In this document: positions 50,101 to 63,800 of the stretch, in pieces
How the letters are laid out: each line of letters starts with the position of its first letter
Numbering within the stretch: the first letter of the stretch is position 1
Assembly: GCA_951406725.2 (NCBI GenBank)
Contig: OX597819.1
Location: forward strand, 73,160,001 to 73,224,000
Direction of reading: 5' to 3'
Length of the DNA: 64,000 bases
DNA from: Octopus vulgaris
Taxonomy: Eukaryota
Notes under the pieces: model-generated
The model's input: the letters and a program-made list of their open reading frames with translations, nothing else
Databases searched by the model: none
What the model was told of the DNA's origin: nothing
Made by a program: the position numbers and the translations under genes

Positions 50101-53100
50101 TCTACAATAAGCTGATTGAGAGAGACCCTAGTCAATCCCTCTTTACAAGACATCATGGCTGATTCTGAAACAAAACAAAAAAAAGGAAGGGTCAACTGCA
50201 ATTCTTGGCAGTTCCATTATTTATTGTTCTTCAAATGAGGATAAAGACAAAGATAATGCCAATGGTTGTTTGAACTAAGAATATGAAGTTGGAACAATTA
50301 CAAGATTTTGTCTGATCCACTAACAATTCTGCCAATCAATCTGGAGCTAAACAATACTAATCTGTTATGCTATTGTCTCAAACTATTAACAAGTAAATTT
50401 GGAAATGAATGCAATGAAAATGACTAAAATGTAATTTGGTATAGATGGCTACCTGTACATACAGGAAGACACCTAATCCTGTTCCTTTATACCTCTAATC
50501 TCTCATTAACTGGCACAAAGCCACCTCCCCACTCACTACAACTCCCTCCTCCCAGATGAGAGGGGATTTTGTCTTGCAAGATGCTTGGTAACCCTGTTGG
50601 TGCTGGTGCCACATAAAAAGCATCCAGTACACTTTGTAAAGTGGTTGGCATTAGAAAGTGCATCCAGCCATAGGAAACATGCCAAAACAGACAACTGGAA
50701 TCTGGTGCAGCCCCCACCCTTACTAGCTCCAATCAAACTGTCCAACCCATGCCAAAATGGAAAACAGACATTAAATGATGTTGATGCGCATGCATAGAAT
50801 GGTAGTACGTAAGCCCCCAGCTAATGAAGACCTGTAATTATTTTTCTTCCAAGTGGTATCATGGTACCATTTATTTCATTAGGTTTAAGTGAAAATTAAA
50901 TAGTAACATTTGGCTTTCTCAGACTTAAACTAATGAGATTATATGCAGTATCCAATCAGAAAGGTCAGCACAAAGATTCAGTTGATTTATATCATCATTG
51001 AAAGCTTTTCAAATGTCGGATAACACTTTTTTCTCTTTTACAAGTTATTCTCTGTTAAAGCATAAATCAATAACATAAGTACCTTCTCCCTATAGAACCA
51101 TCATCACCATCATACATGCATGGGCCTGAATTTATTGAGGTAGATTTTTTTATAGCAAGATACCCTTCCTCTAGCCAACCACCACCCGTTTCCAAGCAAG
51201 ATAATAGTTCCCCATAGCCAGACATGTTCTCACAAATGACAGTGCTTGTATAACACTCATTTGTAACTATCACATGAAACCAAGACAAAGAAACATAAAA
51301 GAGCACACACACACACACACAATGGATTTCTTTCAGTTTTTGTCTAAGCCATGAGTGCAATTCCTGGTGGTGTGTTGACCTTGAGCAAGACACTTATTTC
51401 ACATTGGTAAAAATGAGTTGTACCTGTAATTTAAAACAGCCAGTCTTGTTGCACTCTGTGTCATGCTGAATCCCCCTGAGAACTACATTAAGGGTACATG
51501 TGTCTGTGGAGCACTCAGCCACTTGCACCTTAATTTCACAGATCAACTGTAGCCTTTGTCGCTGTAGCCAGTGGATTTCTTAGTCCACCAAATCCACACA
51601 AAAAGGCATTGGTTGACCCGGATCTATAGTAGAAGACACTTGCCCAAGGTACCATGCAGTGGAACTGAACCTGGAACCATGTGGTTGGGAAGCTAGCTGC
51701 TTAACTACACAACTATATCTGTAGCTGGAGTAGTGGAATTTTCAGAGACAATGGAAGAACAGGTAAAATTTCTTGTATTAATCTTTTGTTAGATGCTGGT
51801 AGCAATGTCTCAATTCAGTAGAACCTTGCTTTGATTATTTCTGTGCTGAAATGTATTATGAGATGAAATCTTGCCAGAAGCTGACTTGCATTTCATATTT
51901 TCAGGTTTCAATAAAATAATTACCAAGAATTTTAAAATATTCACCTCCCAACCACATGGTTTTTGGGTTCAATCCCACAACACAGCACCCTGGGGGAAGT
52001 GTCTTATACCAGTGATTTCCAAACTTTTTCAGTCTGCCACTCGCTTGGTTCTAAGGCCACATTCCTAGTACCCACCCCTTCACAGACCATTTTCTGCAGC
52101 AAATTCAAAATAACAATACTTCACTTCACCCTTTACTTTGTTTTTCTTTTTACATCCATTGCCCCATTTTTCTTCACACTCCACCCGATCTTCTCAACCC
52201 CTACCCCACCAGTGGGGGATACCACCCACTTTGGGAACCACTGTCTTATACTATAGCCCCAGGTCAACCAATGCCTAGTAAGTGAATTTGGTAGACAGAA
52301 AATATTTGTGAAGCCTGACATATATGTGTGTCTTTGTGCTGTACCCCACCTCTTGACAACTGATGTTCTTAGTGGTTTGCCAAAAGGGACTGATAGAATA
52401 AGTACTAAACTCTTCAAGGTAGTGCTTCAGCATGGCCACATTCCAATGACTAAAATAGTTAAAAAGCAAAATACAAAAGACCTAAGATTGGAAAGGTACT
52501 GAAAATATGAAAATGAGGAGCTGTTTGAGAACATAATCCAGTTTTAAAGATCAAATGATCTTACAATTCTGTATTTTTGTTTGACAACTCAAGATTAAAA
52601 CATCTTCATATGATCACAAATTTAACATTTTTCTGTGTGTGTATTTATATAGATACATATTGATAAATACTCACACACACACACAACTGGTGAGATGTTC
52701 CAACTGACAATAAAATTAAGATAATTCAAAATGTCAATTATCTAATAGCACTATGACATTTAAATTGATATTTTCAATCAGTTCAATAAAAATGGAAATA
52801 TTGTAAATGGTTATTTAAATATATTTTTTTCCTTCTCCTTCACTATAAGCAGCAACACTGCAAATAGCATCAAAATGAAGATTTCAAAAATATGAACTTA
52901 TGATTTTGATTTTTTTAAAAAACATTTCATTTAATTCAATTTTTTAAAAAAATATTTACTTCTCTTCTGCTAATAGAAGTTGGATGTTTGTCCAAATTTG
53001 GATATTTTGCATGATGAATAATTAACAGTTCGCCAGTTTGACAGCTAGATTTCTTTCCTCAGTCAACCATAATAAAATGGTTATTTTTTTTCAACTGGTT

Positions 53101-54999
53101 TGCTTTAGCAGCAAGCAATCTGATGTGTAACTACTTGATAGGACTTTAAACCTATGATGATGGTTAAGCAATCAACTATTCACCAGATTGCCAAAATGGT
53201 ATCAGGTTTAGATATTCAAAGATGTTGGAGGGCAGAATTGGTAGAACAACAAACAAAATTCTATGAAATTTGGTTTTTTTATTCCTACCTTGCCATTCTG
53301 ATTCTCTGTTTATAGTTTCTCTTATATTCACCTTCTTGTATGCTCAGGGTACACCCCGACACCTCATTAACATCATTTTCTCTTTTTCCAGCTGGGGTAG
53401 CCATATACCTACCCCACATACTTTGATCTCTTGACACCTGGCATAAGGCTACCTTCCTCAATATACTACATCACTCAGTTGAATGGGGCCTTAGCTTACA
53501 AGTTCCCTGGTGGACCTCACTAGTGCCACTACTATGAAAGAAATACTCACCTTTCCTAATGCATATACATATGCGTTAGACTGTGTGTGTGCACACGCAT
53601 GCATGCATCTGTATTTGTACCTCTCCAAAATCAATGTACAACTGGTGACATTGTTGTCATTTCCCCTGCAAACAAATTGTTTGTTGGTACTGTACCTTCA
53701 AAGAGTGTGAAATAAGAAATCTCTTACTTAAAAAACAAGTAAAGGTTACCAACAGGAAGAGCATGCCAGCTGTAAAACAATGCCCCAATATATTTACCTA
53801 ACCTGTACAGGCATCAAAAATAGAGACAAAAATAAATAACAAAGAAATGAAAGTTAGTACTGCCACACTTTGTACAAAAAATTTTAAGGTAAAATTTAGA
53901 AAAAATAATGCATTGCTTACCCTCTTTTATAAACCATACTCACATATGTTTACTAAAAGAAAACACTTAAAGTCTACACTGTCTAGAAAATTCTTAAAAA
54001 TTCTAACTTTAATACATTTTCATCAAATTCTGGTTTTTGTGTTTCTATTATTATTGACGATTTCAACTAGAGAAAACTAATTTAATCCACTGCATGGTAA
54101 CAATAACACTGTGAGTTAGCATTCCCTCTTTATCTTTTCTCTCTCTCATGATGCTATTTTCTATAGTCATATCAGTAAAAACATTTCTTCAAATTATAAG
54201 ATTAATCTACTGACAGCTGAATTATGCTACTTTCAGTATTCCTTTAGTTTTGTTTTTTTCTTCAAACAAACAAAAAGCTATTTTATTACCTCTGCCTTAG
54301 CGAAGGCAAAGGTATTGTTTTCAGATGTGTTTGTTTGTCCGAAGACAAGATATATCAAGAACCACTGGATGGATTCAGACAAAACTTTCAGGGATGTTTG
54401 GCCTCATCTACCCCTCATTTATATAGGGTGCTAAGACTTTTTTCTCAATGGGAAGGAAAAAAAATTTCATTCTTAAAAAAGCAAACTAACCCATATTTTA
54501 TTGAACTACAATGACTTTCAATTAATTTTGATGATAATGAAGAATTGAAAATATAAATGTTATTATTAACCCATAAAGCACTGGGACTTGCACATAGCAT
54601 GGACTGCTGAGCACATTTTATGAAAATGAGATTACCATGCACAAAAAAAAAAAAGTTAAAATATCTTCTTAGTACATATATGTGTGTCTGTGTTTGTCCC
54701 CTATCACAGTGCTGGTGTGTTTACATCCCTGTAACCTAGCAGTTCAGCAAAAGAGACCAATAAAATAATGCTTAAATGAAAAGGAAAAAAAAGCACTGAG
54801 GTCAATTCATTCGATCAAAATTCTCAAGGCGGTGCCCCAGTAACAAGGTAAAGGAATAAAAATTATATTTCTTTTAAAAATTATAAAAAAAGAAACAAAT
54901 TACTTAAACCAGTAATAACCATTTTTTCGGGGCATTTCATTGTTAATTGTGCTATCTCTGTCTAAATTCAAAAAGGTAAAATATTTTAAAATGATTTTT

Positions 55000-55364
55000 T
55001 ACATTATCTACAAAGGACAGATACATGTCCTCACCTTGTTTGTTGTTGTCACAACATTTCGGCTGATGTACTTTCCAGCCTTCATCAAGTGTTCTGGTGG
55101 AATTTCAAACCCAACCCTTTATTTGACTAATGGGGTTACTCTGTTCTCATTCCAAGGATTTTTTCTTTTACTGATATTATTGTTTATTTTTCTTCCAAAA
55201 AGAATACCTAAGGAATGAGAACAGAGTACCCCATTAGTCAAATAAAGGGTTGGGTTTGAAATTGCACCAGAACACCTGATGAAGGCTGGAGAGTAAATCA
55301 GCCGAAATGTTGTGGTAACAACAAACAAGGTGGGGACACCTATCCATCCATTGTAAATAATGTA
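55000..55364. mobile_element. Fold-back element (arms ~55000-55158 / ~55207-55364) with two inverted hammerhead motifs; Penelope-like pLTR
   Basis: arms complementary over ~155 bp (e.g. AAACCCAACCCTTTATTTGACTAATGGG / CCCATTAGTCAAATAAAGGGTTGGGTTT). Confidence 0.85.
55273..55314 (+). ncRNA. Minimal type I hammerhead motif
   Basis: CAC-CTGATGA-A-GGCTG-GAGAGTAAAT-CAGCC-GAAA-TG-TT-GTG; the inverted copy at 55050-55091 has TTGATGA. Confidence 0.65.
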
Positions 55365-57448
55365 CATAATTCCTCATCTCAAAAATATAGATTAGTAGTG
55401 AGTTTTTAAATAAAGATTCAGAGAAATTGTATACTTCTTAACCCCTTTGTTGCTATATTCCTGTTGAAATACCCTCTCTTTGTTTTAAATAGCTTTGAAA
55501 ACAATAAAGAATTTAGTAAAATAATTGTCATTATTAAACTGCTGTTTGAACAAGAAATTAACATGAAATATGGATCACACATATATACAGTATGTATACA
55601 GAAAACATAATTGGTATTTTAAGCTTTATAAACCATACATGTGTTTCAGTAATACATATAGCCACAGAGGCAATGAATGACCAGTGACTGAGACCCTTGG
55701 TGATATGTCATGCTTGAGAAGACACATCAAGTCAAGTGAAATTGTAATCATGACTGACGCTGGTGTCAGGTAACTGGCATGTAAAAAGTACCTTTTGAGC
55801 ATTGGGACTCACAGAGGTAGAGTGGCTGATGCCAGTGGTACATGAAAAGATTCCTTTGAGTGTTGGGCCTCATGGAGCCAATGACCAAAACCTTTGGCAT
55901 TATGTCATGCTTGAGAAGACCCATCAAGCCAAGTAAAATTGGAGTTGTGGAAGATACTGGTGTCACTCGAATGGCACCTGTGCCAGTTGCATGTAAAAGA
56001 ACCCTTTAGACTCTTGGGATAGTTGGTGTTAGGGCATCCGGCCGCAGAACATCATACCAAATCAGACTGGAGTCTGGTGCAGCCTTCCCGCCCTGGTCAT
56101 ACTGCCCAACCCATGCCAGCATGGACAATGGACATATGATGATGACTATGTATGGTTTATAGAGTGAAAAATATGAATTTTTCACTGAGAGCACTGAAGG
56201 GTGTCATTCCCTACGATTCCTAGGGAATAACATTAAAGAAAAAACAACTATTGGATTTAATAAGGAATCTAATAAGACACCTCACCTCAAAAGCTCAGAC
56301 ATTCTAAATCCGTAGTTCCCAACCATTTTTTGCAAATGGATCCCTTTCATTTCCATTTTACCCGACTGGACCTCAATGTATACAGAAAAAAAAATTGTAC
56401 TGTATTCTTATAATTAATTATTATTAAGAATTGTATTCTTTTATTTTTGTTTCAGTTATTTCACTGCAGCCACACTGGAGCATTGCCTTTACTCAAACAA
56501 ATTGACCCCAGGACTTATTCTTTGTAGGCATTGGTCTCTTTTGCCAAACTGCTAAGCTACAGGTATGTAGACACACCACCATCGGTTGTCAAGCGATGTT
56601 GGGGGACAAAGAGACACACAAACATATATATATGACAGGCTTCTCTCAGTTTCCGTCTACAAAATCCACTCACAAAGCTTTGGTCAGCCCAAGGATATAG
56701 AAGACACTTGGCCAAGGTGCCACACAGTGGGACCAAACCTGGGTCCATGTGATTGGTAAGCAAGCCATTTACCACACAGCCACTCCTGTGCCTATAAAAA
56801 AATTGTTAAAATATTTTGTGTATCATAGAATTTTAATCAATTTATTGCACTTAAATGTTAACAACAAAATCTCAGACAGTTAATCAAATTAAACATTTTG
56901 GGAAAAAATAAAATAATCTAGTTTGAGTTGATCCTTGCCTCCACAAAACTATTACAAGTAGTAATATAAAACTTCTCAATCCACATGCAGAATTTCAAAT
57001 ATTCTGCAGGAATTTCATTTAAATAATCAAGATTGATATTTCTGAATTCTTTTGCTACCAACCCACCTGAGACCACTCTTGGTTCTAGGATACAAACTTC
57101 CTGTTTTAAAGTGAATTAAAAACTTTCCCATAAATTGATATTTGAAACACTAGCTTAATAATAACAGAGGTATTTTATTAAATTATTCTATTAAACTCTT
57201 TTGATAGGCAATCTGAGACTGTCCCTCATTCCAAACCTTCAATCAAAATTTCATAACAAAGGCAGCTTATCTCAATATTTCTGCATTGCTATTTTCTACA
57301 CTGAGCTTCAAATTATTTATTCTAATCATTTTCACACTCTTATTTTAACAAAAGGAGCAGAACTTGTCCATCTCAGCAGAATGCCAAAGAGCCAGTCAAG
57401 AAACTGGCAGTTGATTACCACATCAGCAGCTCTAGGTTGTGTTTGCAG

Positions 57449-57748
57449 GTTGAAACTCTCAACATTATTAATAATTTACCATTTGTAGGTCATGGTAGCA
57501 ATGCTGAATTGACAACTGATTTGTCAGCTTGTAGTGCCAAGTCCAATTCTGTCACAGGAAATGTGACCTGGAGTAGACTAAAATCTTGTCCAGTAGGAGA
57601 TTTATTATTCTCAGCACTGATACAAACTGAACCAGTTCAAACTTTCGAAATCTTTTTCATTTATGGAACTGAATCACGACTGGCTTTCATTTTAACACCA
57701 CTACAGCTTTTAAGAATAGACACCAGATTGTCAGGAAATTTTAACCAT
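57449..57748 (+). CDS. Candidate internal exon (300 nt, phase 0-0), product unknown
   Basis: GTTTGCAG|GTT...CAT|GTAAGA; 100 open codons (VETLNIINNLPF...LSGNFNH) in non-repeat sequence; no recognisable domain or partner exons. Confidence 0.25.
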
Positions 57749-58967
57749 GTAAGATTTACCTTATTATATAGGCACAGCAGGCATGGCGGGATGGTTGAGA
57801 AGCCTAGTTTCCCAACTATGATGCTTCAGGTACAATCCCACTGCATGGCACTTTTGGCAAGTGTCTTCTACTATAGGCCAGAATTGACCAAAGACTTGTG
57901 AATGGATTTGGCAGATAGAAACTGAAGGAAGCCTATCAGTGTGTGTGCACGCACAAGTGTCAGTATCCTTTTCTACTCTAGGCACAAGGCCCGAAATTTT
58001 GGGGGAGATCAACCCCAGTATGCAACTGGTGCTTAATTTATCGACCCCGAAAGGATGAACAGCAAAGTCGACCATGGCAGAATTTGAACTCAGAATGTAG
58101 CAGCAGATGAAATACTGCTAAGCATTTCGCCCGGCATGCTAATGTTCCAGCCAGCTCATTGTTATGCAAGTGTTATCTGTTGCTTCCAATTACTTGTTGA
58201 AACATGTCTGGTGATGGAGAAATATTACCTAACTTGGATACATATGAGTGTTGGTGACAGGAAGGGCATCCAACTGTAAAAAACTCGCCTCTGACCCATG
58301 CAAACAAGGAAAAGTGGACATTAAAATGATAATGATTATTTTTAGTGATTTTCTGAAGCCAAAATTTATATCTCTTTAATAAGATTGCACACACATAAGT
58401 CTAGAGTTACTAGAATTACTTATGTATGAGTGGCATTTGTCTATAAGTTGCACCCTTAATTTAGTGTTAAATCTTAATATGAAATTTTTACCCTTCATGG
58501 TTTTAGCCTTGCCCCATATATGTCACATCCCAGTCAGTTGAAATCAAGTAAGATTACTCTTATACACCAGTAAAACAGCATTTATAAAATTTCAACAACT
58601 TTTTCAGACACAAAATTAAAACACCATTCACACTATGGTACCAATCACTGACATTGAAAGAAAAATGTAACTTATTTGTAAAAGAAATACCACAACACAC
58701 TTGAGAACTACTAAATAGCTGTGAATCCAACAGAAATCTTATCCTGGATGGGAAGCTAGATAAGCAAAAGTTAAATTCTCAAATCTAAAAAAAAAAAAAT
58801 TGGCTGCATTTAATTCAACTAGGCCAAAGATTTTTATTTTTCAGGAATTTAATGCCTCCCTCCAAAAAAAAAAAAGTGCTACTTAAATTTTTTCTTCCCT
58901 GTATATGAAAAGAACTGTTGACTTAAGTAATTAATTAGGAAGAGAAAGAAAAGAAAAAAAACAATAC

Positions 58968-59390
58968 TTTCTAGTGTAGGCATAAGGCCTGAAATTTTGT
59001 GGGACAGGAGCTAGTCGTTTACACCGACCCCGAAAGATGAAAGTCAGATTTGGTCCCAGCGGGATTTGAACTCAGATCACAAAGAGTCGGAAGAAATACC
59101 GTTAAGTAATTTTGTCCGACGCGCTAATGTATTTTTAGCCTATTACTATTAGTGGTTGTAGCAGTAGTAAGCCGGTGAGTTAGTCGAGTCGTTTGCGTGT
59201 CGGACAAAATGCTTAGCGCCATTTCTTCGGGATCTTTACGTTTCGAGTTCAAATCACGCCGAGATCAATTTTGCCTTTTTATTCTTTAGAAGTTAATGAA
59301 ATATAATAACAGTCAAATACTGTGGTCGATATACTCAGCTTTACATTCTTTCACTAGAATTGCTGGTCTTGTACCGAAATTAGAAAGAAT
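58968..59390. mobile_element. Adjacent inverted pair of MetaSINE-core SINEs (58968-59130 minus; 59171-59390 plus), CpG-retaining
   Basis: family B head and core in opposite orientations ~40 bp apart. Confidence 0.75.
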
Positions 59391-62053
59391 TACTATTATT
59401 AGTATCAATAAGTTTAAATAACATTAAGAAAAAAAAATTAGCTTGTATATTATGATTTGAGGTAATAAGGTAAAGCAAGTTTATTTAAAGATGATCAAAT
59501 TGTTGGAAGGTCCTGAAGAAAAGCTTGCTTAGAGTTAAGTGCGTGATATGTATGTATGTATCACAAGGCTGGCGAGTGTGTGTTGCTGCTGCCATAGCCA
59601 TCCATTTTTCTATGTGGAGCAGCAGCAGCAGCGAAAACAAGGTCAGAATGAAGAATGAAAGCCTGTCGCACACAATCCGATCACGGCCAAAAATCGACTG
59701 CCCAACTTTTGGCTTGGTTGTATATACATATTTTTTTTGTTATATATATTAAATGAGAATCTTATGATATTAAGAAAATAACCCCCCACACACATTTACG
59801 CACGCGCACATACATACACGCGTGCACACATGCACACACTCACAAAGCTACGCCATGTATAAAAGCTGTTTAGACACTGCATCTCCTGAGATTCGAAAAG
59901 TTTTCTATTTGATCAAATATATTTATATCAAAAATCATGTGTTTATAAACATAAACGAATTTTACATTTTCCACTAAAATAATGTTTAAATTTCAAAATA
60001 TATTCTTTTTATTTATTTTTTTTCTCACTTTGTTAAGCCAAAACCCTTGTATAGAGAGAGAATGGCAAAAAAAAGTTGGCCATTGTAAGAAATAATGGTA
60101 AAATTGCATAATGATATGCCAAGTTTTGAAGGTGACTAGGAATATTGCTTTGTATGGATCGATAAGGATGGCAGGTTGAGGACAGCGGCGGGCGGTAATA
60201 CGCACTTTGTGTGTGTGTGTCTGATTTTTCTCTGTATGTATGGTATTTATGCCAACAAACCGCCTTATCTCAGCACAGCATATTCACTGGAAACACAATC
60301 AACTTGGCTTATGGACGGACACAGTTCTAAGATGATATATAATGATAATATAAGTGTATATAATTTAAGAGATGCTGACAATGGACAAATCAACATATTT
60401 AAAAATTACTGCCAGCTATAATCTGTTATAGTTTTACTCTTCCCACTTGTATTTTTCAACTATATTAAAGAGAAAGGAAAGTGTTTGTTTATAATTTTTT
60501 TTAGCTAAAGCGAATGATTATAAATTAACAAAAAAATCTAAATTCAAAAGAATAAAATTACAAAATTCTCTTAAAGACACAGAAATAAGCACTGGGTAGG
60601 TTTCTTTGTTTAGAAATGAGCACCTGAGACAATTTTTTTTTTTTTTTTTTGGCAAAAGGGTTCGTAGTAAATTTAGAATTAGCGTGTTTAGCTTGTTTAT
60701 CGTTGATTTAGCCATAGAATAAAGGCAAAGTCTAAGGGGAACAAATGTCTGAATTAAAATATCTAACACAATATACAAAGTGATGTTCTCTGGAGGATTT
60801 TCTCTTATTGCCTCCCTTCCTTTTAACGGTTTTTTTTTTACCATTTTTCAAATCTATAAACCACCCTCGACACCTTCCTCTATCGACACTTCTTTATCAC
60901 AATATATACAGGTGAAGAAAAAATACACAGAACGAGAAATTCATTAAAAAATAACTTCAAACAACCATACATATGTAATATGAATGAATATACATAAATA
61001 AATATATACTCAAACGCACATTGTAGTCCACATACATTATACATACACGTAAATATATATATACACATTATATAAATATATATATAGGGTAGGTCTGAAA
61101 CAAAAGACTTAATTCTTAAGTTTTGTCTACAGAGAGCAAAATCGTTCGTAAAAGTGCAAGTTACTGAATACAAAATATTAATATTTCCTACTACCGATAA
61201 TTTAATTACGAAAAATAATACTATTTGTTTTTTTGTTTCTCCCCTAATCAACTGTCAAAATAAAAAATTTATTTATATTCTTCACTGACGTTGTTTATCT
61301 TTTTTTTTTCTTTACCCTTATTTCTAAATATTTTGTAACTAAAAATTGAATGTTTAAGAAAATCAAATAAACTATAGGAGATTCGTTTATAGGTAAATCT
61401 ATTTATACTAAAAGTCACCGTCAGTCATTGTAAATTTGAACACACGTGCTGCTCAAGCTTAAAACACTTCATCCACAAATTGACACTCGTTCAGTAAAAG
61501 ACATTGTTCACATTAGAAGGACAGAATAAATGTATACATACATATACACACACGTGTGTATATGTATGTATGTATATATATATATATATTTATATAGTGT
61601 GGTGAATTAAAGAACTAAAGAAGAGTAACGATTTGAAGAAAGAATTGGCTATAGAGCGTTATTAATGATCTTAGACCAAAAAAATCGAAGTAAACAAGTT
61701 TTTTCGCTTCACGGAACTGCCAAATGAACTAAAGTGTTTTTAAGCGAGCAGTATTATCGTATTCGCCTTTTTCAGATCATCATCGGTGAAATTATGGCGT
61801 CATATGTAACGATTTTAATAGAAAAAATATTTTAAAATAATAATAATAATAATAATAGAGATGGAGAGAAAAAAAACACAAAACTAAACAATGAGAATAA
61901 ATAAATCAAAACAAAATTTCTAGCTTCATTCCCCATCACTTCCACCACCTTCCATCATCTTTGCTACATTTCCTCCCCTTCCTCGGCCTTTCACAACAAA
62001 GTGTAATTACTAACTCACAAGGCAATCCGTTCCCACTCCCTAATTCAACTTAC

Positions 62054-63411
62054 CGTTTTTCTTACTACGCCTCCGCCCCCAGTATTGTACATCTTCCTAT
62101 CGAGCCTACTCCCCTTCATTCGTATCTTACCTCTTTCCTCCTCCTCCTTCAATACTATTAACCAACCGATGCCGTGTCTCTGTGGAACAAACATACACAA
62201 CGAAGTCCCTTTTATTTTAATAGGCCGTTCAGATTGAAAACTATGTTTCATAGAAGACATAAATATATAGAGAGAGTGAGCGAGTAAAATAGAGACAAAG
62301 AGAGAGGGGTGAGCCAATCTCTCCGTTCTCCCTTGTGATATAGTGAGAGGAGAAAGAGGCAAAACCGAAAGGGTGCTACTGAGTGAGAGAGGGGGAGATG
62401 AAAGTAGGACTGTTTCAAGTATGAAATAAAGGCAGCAGTGAAGGGGTAGCAGTGAGAGGTAGTATAGCAAGTACATCAGCCCAACCACCACCATCGCCTT
62501 AGCTTATGTAGCAGCAACGATATAAACGATACGCGCGCGCACGCATCCATCCACCGCCACCACAACCTTCGTGCATGTAGTACAAGGCGTAGATACGCGC
62601 GAGCGCGACATCGCCCATCACCGCTGTCGTCGCCGCCACCATCTCCTCGCTAAGTGTAGCAGTGGGCAACAACAGCAGTAGTAGTAGTAGTGGTATTAAC
62701 ATTAATATTACTACGCTACTGCCGCCGCCACCGCTGCTACTACCACCACTAGAAGAAGTAAGCAGGCATACAGCAGTACAATATCTAGAGCCGCCACTAT
62801 AAGCAGCAATAGCAGAGAGCGCCGTGTACAGCAGCCGACCAGCTGCCACCACCACCACCACTAACTCCTACCTCCACCACAATTCGTCACCACCACCATC
62901 ATTTTGGTACAGTCCATTACTACATCACCGCCGCCACTACCGTTTGCACACAACAGTATTGCTTGCTTACACCGCCACCATCACAAGAAAAACCCGCCAG
63001 CTCCTTCTTCATCAAGCGCCAATTTTCTCTTCATAACAGCCAGTGTATATCGACAGGATTTTTTTTAAAACAAACAGCGACACAGGAAGGAAAAAAAGAC
63101 GAAACCAAAACTAGGAGCAATTTACAAAGAAAAAGAGAAAAGAGAATTTGAATTACGGAAAAAAATATATAAAAAGGATTAAATATATCAAGTTCAAGCT
63201 TTAAAAAAAAGTTATCGAAAATCACTTCAATTTTATGAAAAATATGTAATAAATGTTTCACCATTCGAAATGCGCCATAGTTTTTTTGGTTGCTTGCCAG
63301 CTACAAGAAACATTGGAGGAATGAATGAATACTCAATCACTTTAAAAAAAAAATCAAGTGAGTAAAATTAATTCCATTAAGTTGTTTTAAAATAAAAAAA
63401 AAACTAATAAT
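62054..63411 (-). other. Putative 5' exon of a divergent minus-strand gene (long low-complexity 5'UTR, possible start M-KGSRLDRK-M-YNTGGGGVVRKT)
   Basis: acceptor TTTTTTCACTGCAG| at 63412 and donor ACG|GTAAGT at 62054/62053 at a codon boundary; ATGs at 62119 and 62092; CpG-rich. Confidence 0.35.
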
Positions 63412-63589
63412 CTGCAGTGAAAAAACGCCACACAAGAGTTTTTCTCCGTCGGTCACATTATCTTGGTCGTTGGTTGGATATACTCACTCTTCTCCATCTC
63501 TCTCACTCACTCCCTCACTCAGGCATTAACCACCCTCACTCACTTAGGTAAGTGACTCTCTCTCTCTCTATATATATATATATATTATT

Positions 63590-63800
63590 ACTTCAACCGG
63601 CCGTCCACCGCTCACTTGCTCTGTCGGCGGGACCGAAAAAGGTAAGGGAGAGCGCAGGCGCATAACTACCAGTAAGCATCTTCGTTAACGTCCGGACATT
63701 AACGGAAGTTACCGAAAGTTAAAATAAGAGCATCCGGGTAGTTGCGGAAGTTCTCGAGTCTGGACGAATTATTCCGGAAGTTTCCGAAATTTGACGGCAT
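63590..63800. promoter_or_regulatory. CpG-rich TATA-less promoter with ETS and NRF1-type motifs, probably bidirectional
   Basis: GCGCAGGCGCA (63652-63662); CGGAAGT at 63703, 63745, 63775; ~90-220 bp upstream of the HMG-box ATG. Confidence 0.7.

Noticed and set aside
62499-63036. Gly/Ser/Leu-rich and His/Thr-rich ORFs as proteins
   Set aside because: Low-complexity trinucleotide text with non-ATG starts; better explained as 5'UTR
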